Source: Nitrososphaerota archaeon
GTDB lineage: Archaea > Thermoproteota > Nitrososphaeria > Nitrososphaerales > Gagatemarchaeaceae
Direction: 5' to 3'
Assembly (NCBI GenBank): GCA_029785085.1
Contig: JAFMAI010000003.1
Location: forward strand, 50,570-114,569
DNA length: 64,000 nt
Below are positions 54,352 through 62,438 of this stretch, piece by piece. The position numbers and the translations under genes are program-made. The notes beneath the pieces were generated by a model. The model saw only the letters and a program-made list of their open reading frames with translations, ran no database searches and was not told where the DNA came from. Positions within the stretch are counted from its first letter, which is position 1. Every line of letters begins with the position of its first letter.

Positions 54352-55218
54352 TCAGCGCAGGACTGCGGCCACCATCGCGACCAGGAAAATGATCGCAAGG
54401 TACGGGCTTGAGAACTTGAACGCTAGCCATGCGTTGTCCTTGGTCGGGTCCCTGAAGAGCTTGATGTTGGTCCCCAAGAGCAGCAGGTCGAAGACGAGAG
54501 CAGCAGCGAGGTATACGAAGAACCCAGGGCCGCGGAAGTAGAACACGTATGCGAGGCTCACGGGTATGAGGAGGAGGGTGTTGAAGACGATATATCTCGA
54601 AGCAGCCACGGGGCCGACCACCGACGGGAGCATCGGCACGTTGACAGCAGAGTAATCCTCCTCGGTGATGACTGCGAGGGACCAGAAGTGGCTCGGGGTC
54701 CACACGAAGACGAGGGCGCCGAGCAGCCAGCCAACTTCCGCGCTGCTGTAGGTGACGGCGTACCACCCCGCCAGGGCCGCGCAGCTGCCTGCAAACCCGC
54801 CCAGCACGATGTTCCAGCTCGTCCTGGGCTTGAGGAAGAGGGTGTAGACAGGGACATAGACGAAGGCGCCGAGGGCGATGAAGAAGGTCGCGAAGAAGTC
54901 CAGCGTGAGGGCCGCGACCACGATCCCGGCGGCGAGCAGCCCGAGTCCCAGCATGAGGGCATGCGACGGCTGCACTATCCTCCCGGCCGGGAGCGGCCTC
55001 CCCATCGTCCTCTTCATCTTCGCGTCCATTCCCATCTCGAGATAGCTGTTCAACGCCAGGGCTCCGCTGGATGCCAGCGCCCCCCCCACAAGCACCCCGG
55101 CCAGGGTCAGGAGCGGAGGGAGCCCCCTCGCTGCGACGACGGCTGAACCCAGAGCAGCCATGAGAAGCAGCGGCGTGATCTTCGGCTTCGTGAGGGCGAG
55201 ATAGTCAGAGAAGCTCAA
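54352..55218 (-). CDS. ctaB: protoheme IX farnesyltransferase (heme O synthase)
   Basis: 288 aa UbiA-fold protein. Typical N-terminus DYLALTKPKITPLLL. TTG start. Confidence 0.85.
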   Translation of the reverse strand: MSFSDYLALTKPKITPLLLMAALGSAVVAARGLPPLLTLAGVLVGGALASSGALALNSYLEMGMDAKMKRTMGRPLPAGRIVQPSHALMLGLGLLAAGIVVAALTLDFFATFFIALGAFVYVPVYTLFLKPRTSWNIVLGGFAGSCAALAGWYAVTYSSAEVGWLLGALVFVWTPSHFWSLAVITEEDYSAVNVPMLPSVVGPVAASRYIVFNTLLLIPVSLAYVFYFRGPGFFVYLAAALVFDLLLLGTNIKLFRDPTKDNAWLAFKFSSPYLAIIFLVAMVAAVLR

Positions 55219-55313
55219 ACAATCGACTCCGGTTGTGCTTGGGCGTATGCGTTGTGTATTTTGGTCTTGCTCGTGCGGCTCTGGGCGGCTACGCGTGCCA
55301 GACCGTTGAAACG

Positions 55314-55323
55314 CTTAAGAAAT
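55314..55323 (+). promoter_or_regulatory. TATA-like box upstream of tRNA-Tyr
   Basis: cttaagaaat is centred about 27 nt upstream of tRNA position 1. Confidence 0.35.
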
Positions 55324-55367
55324 CTCTGCATTCTGGGCGACCGTCCCGCGGTAGCTCAGCCTGGTAG

Positions 55368-55385
55368 TCCCCTAGAGGGGCCAAT
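55368..55385 (+). other. tRNA-Tyr intron 1 (D-stem, non-canonical position)
   Basis: The 18-nt tcccctagaggggccaat splits the 3' D-stem G|AGC and contains the hairpin CCCC-TAGA-GGGG. The exact splice point is ambiguous by 1-2 nt. Confidence 0.6.
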
Positions 55386-55400
55386 AGCTTCCGGCTGTAG

Positions 55401-55445
55401 AGGTCGGCCATCGGCTGACCCGTCCAGCCTACACAGGCCACAGTG
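55401..55445 (+). other. tRNA-Tyr intron 2 (canonical 37/38 position)
   Basis: A 45-nt insert between CTGTAG and A of the anticodon loop. Confidence 0.7.
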
Positions 55446-55467
55446 ACCGGAGTGTCGCAGGCTCAAA

Positions 55468-55488
55468 AGGTGCCTTGGCACCTGACAA
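55468..55488 (+). other. tRNA-Tyr intron 3 (T-loop, non-canonical position)
   Basis: About 21 nt containing the hairpin AGGTGCC-TTG-GCACCT, inserted in the T-loop between GCAGG and CCTGC. The boundaries are approximate. Confidence 0.55.
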
Positions 55489-55610
55489 TCCTGCCCGCGG
55501 GACACACTACTGCTGCGCGTGCGCTCCCCGTCACCTCCATCCGCGGTGTGGCGCCAGGCCCGGTGCTCAAGGAACCGTTTTATCCCCCGCTTGTGCGGGC
55601 TGAAAGAGCG

Positions 55611-56156
55611 TTGAGTTCAGCGTCCCAGAAGAGCACGAAGGCCAAGAAGAGAGGGGCCAAGGTGGTCGAAGAGATGGAGAAGACGGTCAAGAAGGAAGTG
55701 AAGAGGGTGGAAAAGGCGGCGCACGAAACGCCGAAGAGGCCGAAGGCGAAGGCTCTGGGTCCGACAGGGAAGGTCCCCGCCGCCTCGGTCTTGTCCAGGC
55801 ACGGGACGGAGATGATTGCGAGGGAGGGGAGAGGCTTCTCAATCGGCGAGCTGTCCGGCGCAGGGCTCACCCCGGCGGGGGCTGCGGAGTGGGGGGCGAG
55901 GGTCGACTACAGGAGAAGGAGTGTCATCGAATCGAACGTGAGCGCCCTCAAGGGGTGGGCCGCCCGGCCTGCTGCCGCGGCCAAGGCGGAGACCGAGCCT
56001 GAGAAGGCAGGCAGAGTCCTGGAGAGAGTCGGAGAGGAAGTGGTCGTGGAGGCTGAGAAGGCCGAGAAGGTTGTGAAGAGGGCGGCCAAGAAGGTCGAGA
56101 AGGGGGCCAAGCAGAAGCTTGAGAAGAAGCCCCGGGCCAAGAAGTCCGGGGCGTAG
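55611..56156 (+). CDS. ribosomal protein L13e with Lys/Glu/Ala-rich extensions
   Basis: Core AREGRGFSIGELSGAGLTPAGAAEWGARVDYRRRSVIESNVSALKGW matches the L13e signature (GRGFS..EL..AG...VD.RRR). ORF 55443 overlaps the tRNA, so a start at TTG 55611 or ATG 55674 is preferred. Confidence 0.7.
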   Translation: MSSASQKSTKAKKRGAKVVEEMEKTVKKEVKRVEKAAHETPKRPKAKALGPTGKVPAASVLSRHGTEMIAREGRGFSIGELSGAGLTPAGAAEWGARVDYRRRSVIESNVSALKGWAARPAAAAKAETEPEKAGRVLERVGEEVVVEAEKAEKVVKRAAKKVEKGAKQKLEKKPRAKKSGA

Positions 56157-56157
56157 C

Positions 56158-57069
56158 TCACTCCTCCGAGCGTATCGCCATGTACAGGTACTGCTGGGCG
56201 TAGCCTGCGTACCCGCCGAAGTAGCCTCTGACGGAGGCAGAAAGCCTCACGTAGTCCCCGGCGGCCATCCTGACCTTACCCTCGCGCTTCAGTCGCGCCC
56301 TGAGAGACGAGTCCATCAGCCGGGGGTACGACCGAGCCACCGCCCTCGCTATCCACACGTCTATGGGGAAGGCCTCGTCCTTCCCGCACGAGTACAGGAG
56401 GACGCAGTCTGCCACCTTGGGCCCGACCCCCAGGAGCACCTTCTCCCCGAACAGCTCCCTGAGGAGCAGCCTCCGCGACTCCTCGTAGGGGAGCGAAGCG
56501 ACAGCGCTGAAGTCGACGTCCCCCCTCGCGACCGAAGCCGCGACTTTTTTGAGGAATGGCGCCCTGTACCCCAGGCCGCAACCCCGGAGGTCAGAGACGG
56601 TCGAACCGCCCAGCGCTTGGGGGCTAGGGAAGCGGTGGTAGACATCCCCCTCGAACTCGAAGGCCTCGCCGTACTTCGCGCAGACGGCCTCCACCATCTT
56701 CTCTATGCGAGGGATGTTGGCGTTGGTCGCCAGGACGAAGGACGCCAGGCACTCCCATCTGTCCTGCCTGATCAGCCTGAGTCCATAGAACCGCTCCACG
56801 GCTCGGGTGATGGGGTCGTCCCTGGAGATAGAAGCGAGCACATGCTCTAGATCCTCGTCCAGCCTGAAGTAGTCCGACACCCATGAAGCGCCGAGCGCGC
56901 CTGTACTGGACACGCACTTCAGGACGTCACCCTCCTGCCGCACCTTGAGCACTCCGCCTCCGACGACCCCGTACCACCAGTCTCCCCTCCTGCTCCACCT
57001 GAACGCCTGCCCGCTGACGAGTGTGTGCTCCAGGCTGAACGGCGAGCTGATCGGCACGGTGAACTCCAT
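56158..57069 (-). CDS. ogg: 8-oxoguanine DNA glycosylase/AP lyase (Ogg, HhH-GPD superfamily)
   Basis: OGG-N-like FSLEHTLVSGQAFRW and HhH-GPD LLGVGPKVADCVLLY...FPIDVWI. The ATG at 57069 is preferred. Confidence 0.8.
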   Translation of the reverse strand: MEFTVPISSPFSLEHTLVSGQAFRWSRRGDWWYGVVGGGVLKVRQEGDVLKCVSSTGALGASWVSDYFRLDEDLEHVLASISRDDPITRAVERFYGLRLIRQDRWECLASFVLATNANIPRIEKMVEAVCAKYGEAFEFEGDVYHRFPSPQALGGSTVSDLRGCGLGYRAPFLKKVAASVARGDVDFSAVASLPYEESRRLLLRELFGEKVLLGVGPKVADCVLLYSCGKDEAFPIDVWIARAVARSYPRLMDSSLRARLKREGKVRMAAGDYVRLSASVRGYFGGYAGYAQQYLYMAIRSEE

Positions 57070-57157
57070 CCCGGTGTGGCGGTTCGGTGCTCCCGCGCTG
57101 ATATATCCTTGCGGATGGGATGCAGTTGAAATACATGCCCGGAGGCCGGGGACACCC

Positions 57158-58462
57158 ATGCCTGGCTCCTATCCCGAGGCCACGCGGCGCTCGGGCAAGC
57201 TCTTCGAGCGGGCGAAGAAGGTGTTCGCAGGGGGGGTCAACCACAACGCCCGGTTCTACCAGCCCTACCCCCTTTTCGTGAGCAGGGCCGGGGCCCAGCA
57301 CGTCTGGGACGCGGATGGGAACAGGTACACTGACTACTGGATGGGGCACATGGCCCTGATTCTCGGCCACTCGCCGAGGCCGGTTGTGGACGCGCTCCGC
57401 GGGCAGATCGGCCGCGGGACCCACTATGGGATGGGGAGCGGCCTCTCCGTCGAGCTCGCTGAGGAGATACAGAAGACGGTGCCCTGTGCGGAGATGATGC
57501 GCTTCTGCAACACTGGCGCTGAGGCTACCATGTACCTCGTGAGGCTCGCCAGGGGGTACACCGGCAAAAGGACAGTCATCAAGATGGCCGGAGGATGGCA
57601 TGGTTACAACACGGAGCTGAACAAGGGGGTCCACAGGCCCTTCGACAAGTCGGAGAGCGCGGGCATCCTTGGAGAGGAGCAGGCATTCGTCAAGAACGTG
57701 AGGTTCAACGACCTGGGGGCGGCCGAGCATACGATCAAGGAGGCCGAAGGGGACGCGGCTCTGATCTTCCTCGAGCCGGTGCTTGGGGCAGGGGGGTGCG
57801 TCCCGGCGGACCCAGACTACCTGAAGGGTCTGAGAGAGCTGGCGGACAGGCACGGAGTGCTCCTCGCGTTCGACGAGATCATAACAGGCTTCCGCGTCTC
57901 GTTGGGCGGGGCGCAGGGATACTACGGGGTGACACCCGACCTAGCCTCCTTCGGGAAGATCGCAGGCGGGGGGCTCCCGCTCGGCCTGGTGGCTGGTCGG
58001 AAGGAGATCATCTCCCTCGCGGACCCGACGAGGAAGGAGAACTTCGTGTCGATCGGCGGAGGGACGTTCTCGGAGAACCCCCTGAGCATGGCCGCGGGGC
58101 TCGCGACGGTGAGGCATCTGAGAAGGCACGCGGGGAGCGTCTATCCAATGCTCGACAAGGCAGGGAGAGGCATGAGGAAGGCGGTGGACAAGGTCTTCGC
58201 AGCCGAGGGCGTCGACGCGCACACCACAGGCCTGGGCTCGCTCTTCCTCACCCACTTCGGCGTGGCGCCCAAGAACGCCGAGGAGTCTGCAGAAGGGGAC
58301 AAGAAGGCGAGGCTGGACTATTGCCTCGAGCTGATGACCAAGGGCATCTTCGTCCTCCCGGGGCACCCCGGAGGGATCTCGACGTGCCACACGCCACAGG
58401 ACCTGAAGGAGTTCGTCGAGCAGAGCGGCAAGTTCGCCGCAAGGCTGTCCAAGGCAAGGTAA
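57158..58462 (+). CDS. hemL: glutamate-1-semialdehyde 2,1-aminomutase-like class III aminotransferase
   Basis: GGVNHNARF..., FDEIITGFRV and SFGKIAGGGLP (PLP Lys). The ATG at 57158 lies downstream of the TATA-like ctgatatatcc. Confidence 0.8.
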   Translation: MPGSYPEATRRSGKLFERAKKVFAGGVNHNARFYQPYPLFVSRAGAQHVWDADGNRYTDYWMGHMALILGHSPRPVVDALRGQIGRGTHYGMGSGLSVELAEEIQKTVPCAEMMRFCNTGAEATMYLVRLARGYTGKRTVIKMAGGWHGYNTELNKGVHRPFDKSESAGILGEEQAFVKNVRFNDLGAAEHTIKEAEGDAALIFLEPVLGAGGCVPADPDYLKGLRELADRHGVLLAFDEIITGFRVSLGGAQGYYGVTPDLASFGKIAGGGLPLGLVAGRKEIISLADPTRKENFVSIGGGTFSENPLSMAAGLATVRHLRRHAGSVYPMLDKAGRGMRKAVDKVFAAEGVDAHTTGLGSLFLTHFGVAPKNAEESAEGDKKARLDYCLELMTKGIFVLPGHPGGISTCHTPQDLKEFVEQSGKFAARLSKAR

Positions 58463-58582
58463 GGACAAGGCGCCCTGCCCTCGTCATGTCAGGCTCCTGG
58501 CGGCTGCGGACGCCGCCGGCCCTGTTGTTGGAGAGGATGCTTTGCGCGTGCGCGGTTCACAAAAAGGCTGTAGGGAAAGTAC

Positions 58583-59188
58583 TCACTTTGAGACTTTCCC
58601 AAATCTTGCGTCTGCTTCCGACCAGTTGATTACGTTCCACCAAGCCTCGACGTATCTCGCTTTGTCGTTGAGGTACTGGGCATAAAACGAGTGCTCCCAG
58701 AGGTCTGAGCACACGATGACGTGCGCTTGTGCGATGTGGTTCAGATTGTGTTTCTCTACCTGAGATATGATGAGCTGTTCGCTGACCGGCTCGTAGATCA
58801 ACATCGCCCAGCCGCTTCCCTCTACGGTCTTGGATGCGTCCGAGAACTGAGCCTTGAACTTGTCGAACCCGCCGAAGTCCTTGTTGATCTGGTCCGCGAG
58901 CTTCCCACCGGGGGCGCCACCGCCCTTGCCGGCAGGGGCCATGTTCGGCCAGAAGAGGGAGTGGAGTATGTGGCCGTCCGCGTTGAATCCGAAGTCTCGG
59001 AGCACCCCTTTGATGTCAATCTGGATCTCGCCCTTCCTGGCCTTCTCCAGCTTCTCCATCGCGGCGTTGGCCCCGCTGACGTAGCCCTGGTGGTGCTTGT
59101 CGTGGTGCAGAGTCATGATCTGCTTCGAGATGTGCGGCTCGAGCGCCTCGTATGTGTAAGGCAGTGGTGGAAGTGTGTATGTCTTCAT
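58583..59188 (-). CDS. sod: Fe/Mn superoxide dismutase
   Basis: MKTYTLPPLPYTYEALEPHISKQIMTLHHDKHH...DLWEHSFY. Confidence 0.95.
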   Translation of the reverse strand: MKTYTLPPLPYTYEALEPHISKQIMTLHHDKHHQGYVSGANAAMEKLEKARKGEIQIDIKGVLRDFGFNADGHILHSLFWPNMAPAGKGGGAPGGKLADQINKDFGGFDKFKAQFSDASKTVEGSGWAMLIYEPVSEQLIISQVEKHNLNHIAQAHVIVCSDLWEHSFYAQYLNDKARYVEAWWNVINWSEADARFGKVSK

Positions 59189-59291
59189 CGGAGCGAGCCG
59201 AAGGCCATTGCGTAAAAATGTTGCCTTCAGGCGCACCCCCGACCCGCCGTCCCTGAGCCTGCCGGTCCCGGCCCGTCTGCTGTGATGACTT

Positions 59292-59957
59292 CTAGGCGGC
59301 GACCGACTGCTTCGATTTCTTGGCCCTGTCCCAGTCGTCGAGAAAGCGCTTCAGCCCCGAGTCAGTGAGGGGGTGCTGCATCATCTTCTCCATGACCTCG
59401 GGGGGCATCGTGGCGATGTCCGCCCCCACCTTCGCCGCTTCGAGGACGTGCTGCGGGTGCCTTATGCTCCCCACGAGGACCTCGGCCTTCATCCCGTAGT
59501 TGTCCCGGATCTTTACAAGGTCCTCCACCAGCTCCATCCCTCGCTGCCCTATGTCGTCCAGCCTGCCTATGAACGGGCTGATGAAAGATGCCCCCGCCTT
59601 GGCGGCCAGGAGACCCTGGTTCGCCGAGAAGACGAGCGTCATGTTGACTCTCATCCCCATGCCGCTTATGGCCTTCGTGGCCCTGAGGCCCTCCGGGATT
59701 ATCGGTATCTTCACCACCACGTTGGGGGCTATGGTCGAGATCCTCTTGGCCTCGGCGACCATCCCGTCGAAGTCCGTGGCCACCACCTCGGCGCTCACGT
59801 CTCCCTTGACCTCCTTGCAGATCGCCGCTATGATCTCCTCGAACTCCCCCGGCTCCTTGGCCACCAGGGTGGGGTTCGTGGTGATCCCGTCGACCACCCC
59901 CATCTGGTTGAGCCTCCTTATCTGCGCCAGGTTAGCCGTGTCGAGGAAGAGCTTCAT
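59292..59957 (-). CDS. tal: transaldolase (short, fructose-6-phosphate aldolase-like type)
   Basis: MKLFLDTANLAQI...GVVDGITTNPTL. 221 aa. Confidence 0.9.
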   Translation of the reverse strand: MKLFLDTANLAQIRRLNQMGVVDGITTNPTLVAKEPGEFEEIIAAICKEVKGDVSAEVVATDFDGMVAEAKRISTIAPNVVVKIPIIPEGLRATKAISGMGMRVNMTLVFSANQGLLAAKAGASFISPFIGRLDDIGQRGMELVEDLVKIRDNYGMKAEVLVGSIRHPQHVLEAAKVGADIATMPPEVMEKMMQHPLTDSGLKRFLDDWDRAKKSKQSVAA

Positions 59958-59990
59958 CGTGTCGGAGTTTTCGGGTTTTGATAATTAAGC

Positions 59991-60929
59991 CTACTGCCCC
60001 TTCAGCCCGAGGGCGGCCTGCTCGATGTTCGCCGCCGTCAGCCCGTACTTGCGGAGCAGCTCCCCTGCTTCGCCGCTCTCCCCGAAGGTGTCCATCACGC
60101 CGACGCGGCGCATGGGGACCGGATACTGCTCGCCGAGGACCTCTGCCACCGCAGAGCCCATCCCGCCCATGATGTTGTGTTCCTCGGCCGTCACCACCCG
60201 CCCGCAGCGCCGGGCGAGCTTGACCAGGACCTCGGAGTCTATGGGCTTGATGGTGTGCAGGTCCACCACCGACGCTGCTACCCCCTTCGCCTTGAGGGAC
60301 TCGGCAGCCTTGAGCGCCTCGGGGACCATTATCCCGCAGGCGACTATGGCCAGGTCCCCTCCCTCCCTCAGGACATTTGCCCTGCCGAGCTCGTACTGGA
60401 AGCCGGCGTCGTAGACGACCGGGGTGGACGACCTCGTCAGCCGGACGTAGAAGGGCCCCGGGATGGCCGCTATCGCCTTGACGGAGGCCCTGGTGGAGAC
60501 GGCGTCCGCGGGCACGATGACCTTCATCTTCGGCACCGCCCTCATTATCGCTATGTCCTCGACCTGCTGGTGGGACGCCCCGTCGGGCCCCACGGAGATC
60601 CCTCCGTGCGAGCAGACGATCTTTACGTTGAGGTTCGGATACGCGATGTTGTTGCGTATCTGGTCCACCGACTTGCCCGGGACGAAGATGGCGTACGTCC
60701 CGGCGAAGGCGACCTTTCCGGCCAGGGCCATCCCCGCGGCGATGGAGACGAGGTTCTGTTCCGCGATCCCCACGTTGAAGAACCGCTCGGGGAACTTGCT
60801 CGCGAAGACCCCGGATTTCAGCGACCCCGTGGTGTCCGCCCCCACGACGACCACATCGGGGTTGGTGGCCCCAAGGTCCAAGAGGGCCTCGCCGTAGGCG
60901 TCTCTCATGGCCGCGGTCTTCGAAAGCAT
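59991..60929 (-). CDS. transketolase, C-terminal (pyrimidine-binding) subunit
   Basis: The ATG at 60929 gives MLSKTAAMRDAYGEALLDLG...FFNVGIAEQNLV. The upstream 103 codons of the ORF are Arg/Gly-rich and antisense to rpe. Confidence 0.9.
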   Translation of the reverse strand: MLSKTAAMRDAYGEALLDLGATNPDVVVVGADTTGSLKSGVFASKFPERFFNVGIAEQNLVSIAAGMALAGKVAFAGTYAIFVPGKSVDQIRNNIAYPNLNVKIVCSHGGISVGPDGASHQQVEDIAIMRAVPKMKVIVPADAVSTRASVKAIAAIPGPFYVRLTRSSTPVVYDAGFQYELGRANVLREGGDLAIVACGIMVPEALKAAESLKAKGVAASVVDLHTIKPIDSEVLVKLARRCGRVVTAEEHNIMGGMGSAVAEVLGEQYPVPMRRVGVMDTFGESGEAGELLRKYGLTAANIEQAALGLKGQ

Positions 60930-61615
60930 TACGTCGGCCTCCGCGCCCTCTCGGCCTCTGCCTTCAGCACCGATATAGCTCTGACAGGGTCTTTCTTGGC
61001 GTATACCCCTGCGCCAGCCACTAGGACGTTCCCTCCCCTCTTCACGACCTCGCCCGCGTTCTCCGGCTCGACGCCTCCGTCGACCTCGATGTCCGTCCCC
61101 AGCCCCCGCTCCCTCACAAGGGTGCTCAGGCGCTGGAGCTTGGGCATCACGGACATGTCCATCCTCTGGCCGCTGAACCCGGGGTTGACAGTCATTACCA
61201 CCAGTGTTGATATCTTGTCCAGGCGGTCCGCGGCCCACTGTGGCAGGTCCGTCTGGGGCTTGATGGCGACGCCCACTTCCTTCCCCCTCGCCCTGACCGT
61301 CTTGTGGAGTTCGTCGAACATCCCGCCGTCGAGGACCTCGGCGTGGAACGTGAGGAGGTCAGACCCGGCGTCGAGGAACTTGTCGACGTATGCGTCAGGC
61401 CTGGCGATCATGAGATGGGTGTCGAACTTCAGGTCGGTAAGGTGCCTGAGCGCCTTCACGGTCCCTGGCCCGAAGGTGATGTTGGGGGCGAAGTTCCCGT
61501 CTATGACGTCGAGGTGAATCTGGTCGGCCTTCCCCTCGACAGATATCTCCACCGCCCTCTCGAGGTTCCCAAGGTTCCAGGCGAGTACCGACGGGGCTAT
61601 CCTGATCCCGTTCAT
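60929..61615 (-). CDS. rpe: ribulose-phosphate 3-epimerase
   Basis: IAPSVLAWNLGNL...IHLDVIDGNFAPNITFG...MTVNPGFSGQ. Confidence 0.9.
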   Translation of the reverse strand: MNGIRIAPSVLAWNLGNLERAVEISVEGKADQIHLDVIDGNFAPNITFGPGTVKALRHLTDLKFDTHLMIARPDAYVDKFLDAGSDLLTFHAEVLDGGMFDELHKTVRARGKEVGVAIKPQTDLPQWAADRLDKISTLVVMTVNPGFSGQRMDMSVMPKLQRLSTLVRERGLGTDIEVDGGVEPENAGEVVKRGGNVLVAGAGVYAKKDPVRAISVLKAEAERARRPT

Positions 61616-61619
61616 CCCA

Positions 61620-62438
61620 TCACCCTAGCTCGCTCAGGACGTCACGGAGCTTGTCTTTGGCCGGAGGGGTGCCGTGGTAGTGGGGCGACCACTCCATGAA
61701 TGAGATCCCCTTCCCCTTCACCGTGTGGGCGATGATCACCGTCGGCCTGTTCCTGGTGCCCATGGCGAGGTCGAAGCCGTCCATCAGCTGCGGAAGGTCG
61801 TAGCCGTCCACCTCGATCACGTTCCAGTTGAACGCACGCCACTTCGCAGCCAGGGGCTCAAGAGGCATCACCTGCTCGGTCAGGCCATCCTGCTGGATGC
61901 CGTTCCTGTCGATTATGGCAGTGAGGTTGTCGAGACGGAACTTCGAAGCGGCCATGGCGGCCTCCCACACCTGGCCCTCCTGCTGCTCGCCGTCCCCCAT
62001 GAGGACGTATGTCCGGTAGGGCCTCCCGTCGAGCTTGGCCACCAGGGAAGTCCCCACGGCGAGCGAGAGCCCTATCCCCTCGGACCCGGCTGGCGCCTCG
62101 ACCCCGGGGATGCCCATCGACGGATGCCCCTGCAGCCTGGAGCCCATCTTCCTGAGGGTCATCAGCTCCTCGACCGGGAAGTATCCGGCCTGGGCGAGGA
62201 CCGAGTAAAGCAGGGGTGCCGCGTGCCCCTTGCTCAGGAAGAACCGGTCCCTGTCGGGCCACTTCGGGTTCTTTGGGTCGTGGTGCATCACCCGGAAGTA
62301 GAGGGTGACCAGGAGCTCGACCGCGGAGAGCGAGCCTCCCGGATGGCCGGACCCGGCCTCGGCCAATGCCTCGAGTATCAGCCTGCGGGTGTTCCTGGCC
62401 GTCTCCTTGAGCCTGATGACCTCCTGGGCGGTCTCCAC
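61620..62438 (-). CDS. transketolase, N-terminal (TPP-binding) subunit
   Basis: SGHPGGSLSAVELL...LSKGHAAPLLY...GDGEQQEGQVWEA. Confidence 0.9.
   Translation of the reverse strand: METAQEVIRLKETARNTRRLILEALAEAGSGHPGGSLSAVELLVTLYFRVMHHDPKNPKWPDRDRFFLSKGHAAPLLYSVLAQAGYFPVEELMTLRKMGSRLQGHPSMGIPGVEAPAGSEGIGLSLAVGTSLVAKLDGRPYRTYVLMGDGEQQEGQVWEAAMAASKFRLDNLTAIIDRNGIQQDGLTEQVMPLEPLAAKWRAFNWNVIEVDGYDLPQLMDGFDLAMGTRNRPTVIIAHTVKGKGISFMEWSPHYHGTPPAKDKLRDVLSELG

Larger units (their letters stand above)
55345..55502 (+). tRNA. tRNA-Tyr (anticodon GTA) interrupted by three introns
   Basis: Hand fold. Acceptor CCCGCGG/CCGCGGG (C1-G72), discriminator A. D arm GCTC-AGCCTGGTA-G^AGC. Anticodon arm TCCGG-CTGTAG^A-CCGGA. 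Variable loop GTGTC. T arm GCAGG-CTCAAA^T-CCTGC. The mature length is 74 nt after removing 18+45+21 nt. No CCA is encoded. Confidence 0.85.

Noticed and set aside
55443-55610. 5' part of ORF 55443..56156, which runs through the tRNA-Tyr gene.
   Set aside because: This stretch overlaps the 3' half of the tRNA (which ends at 55502). The L13e homology begins far downstream.
59282-59320. GTGATGA (C-box-like) between the sod and transaldolase genes, and TGATGA at 24793, as possible box C/D sRNAs.
   Set aside because: No CTGA D box lies at a suitable distance and there is no terminal stem. The 24793 site lies inside the menA-like coding region.
60177-61517. A 446-aa plus-strand ORF spanning the tkt-C/rpe region. 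Similar shadow ORFs occur at 41731..42633, 44480..45418, 56927..57853, 57595..58629 and 61725..62588.
   Set aside because: They are antisense to strongly supported genes, Arg/Pro/Gly-rich, and carry no motifs.
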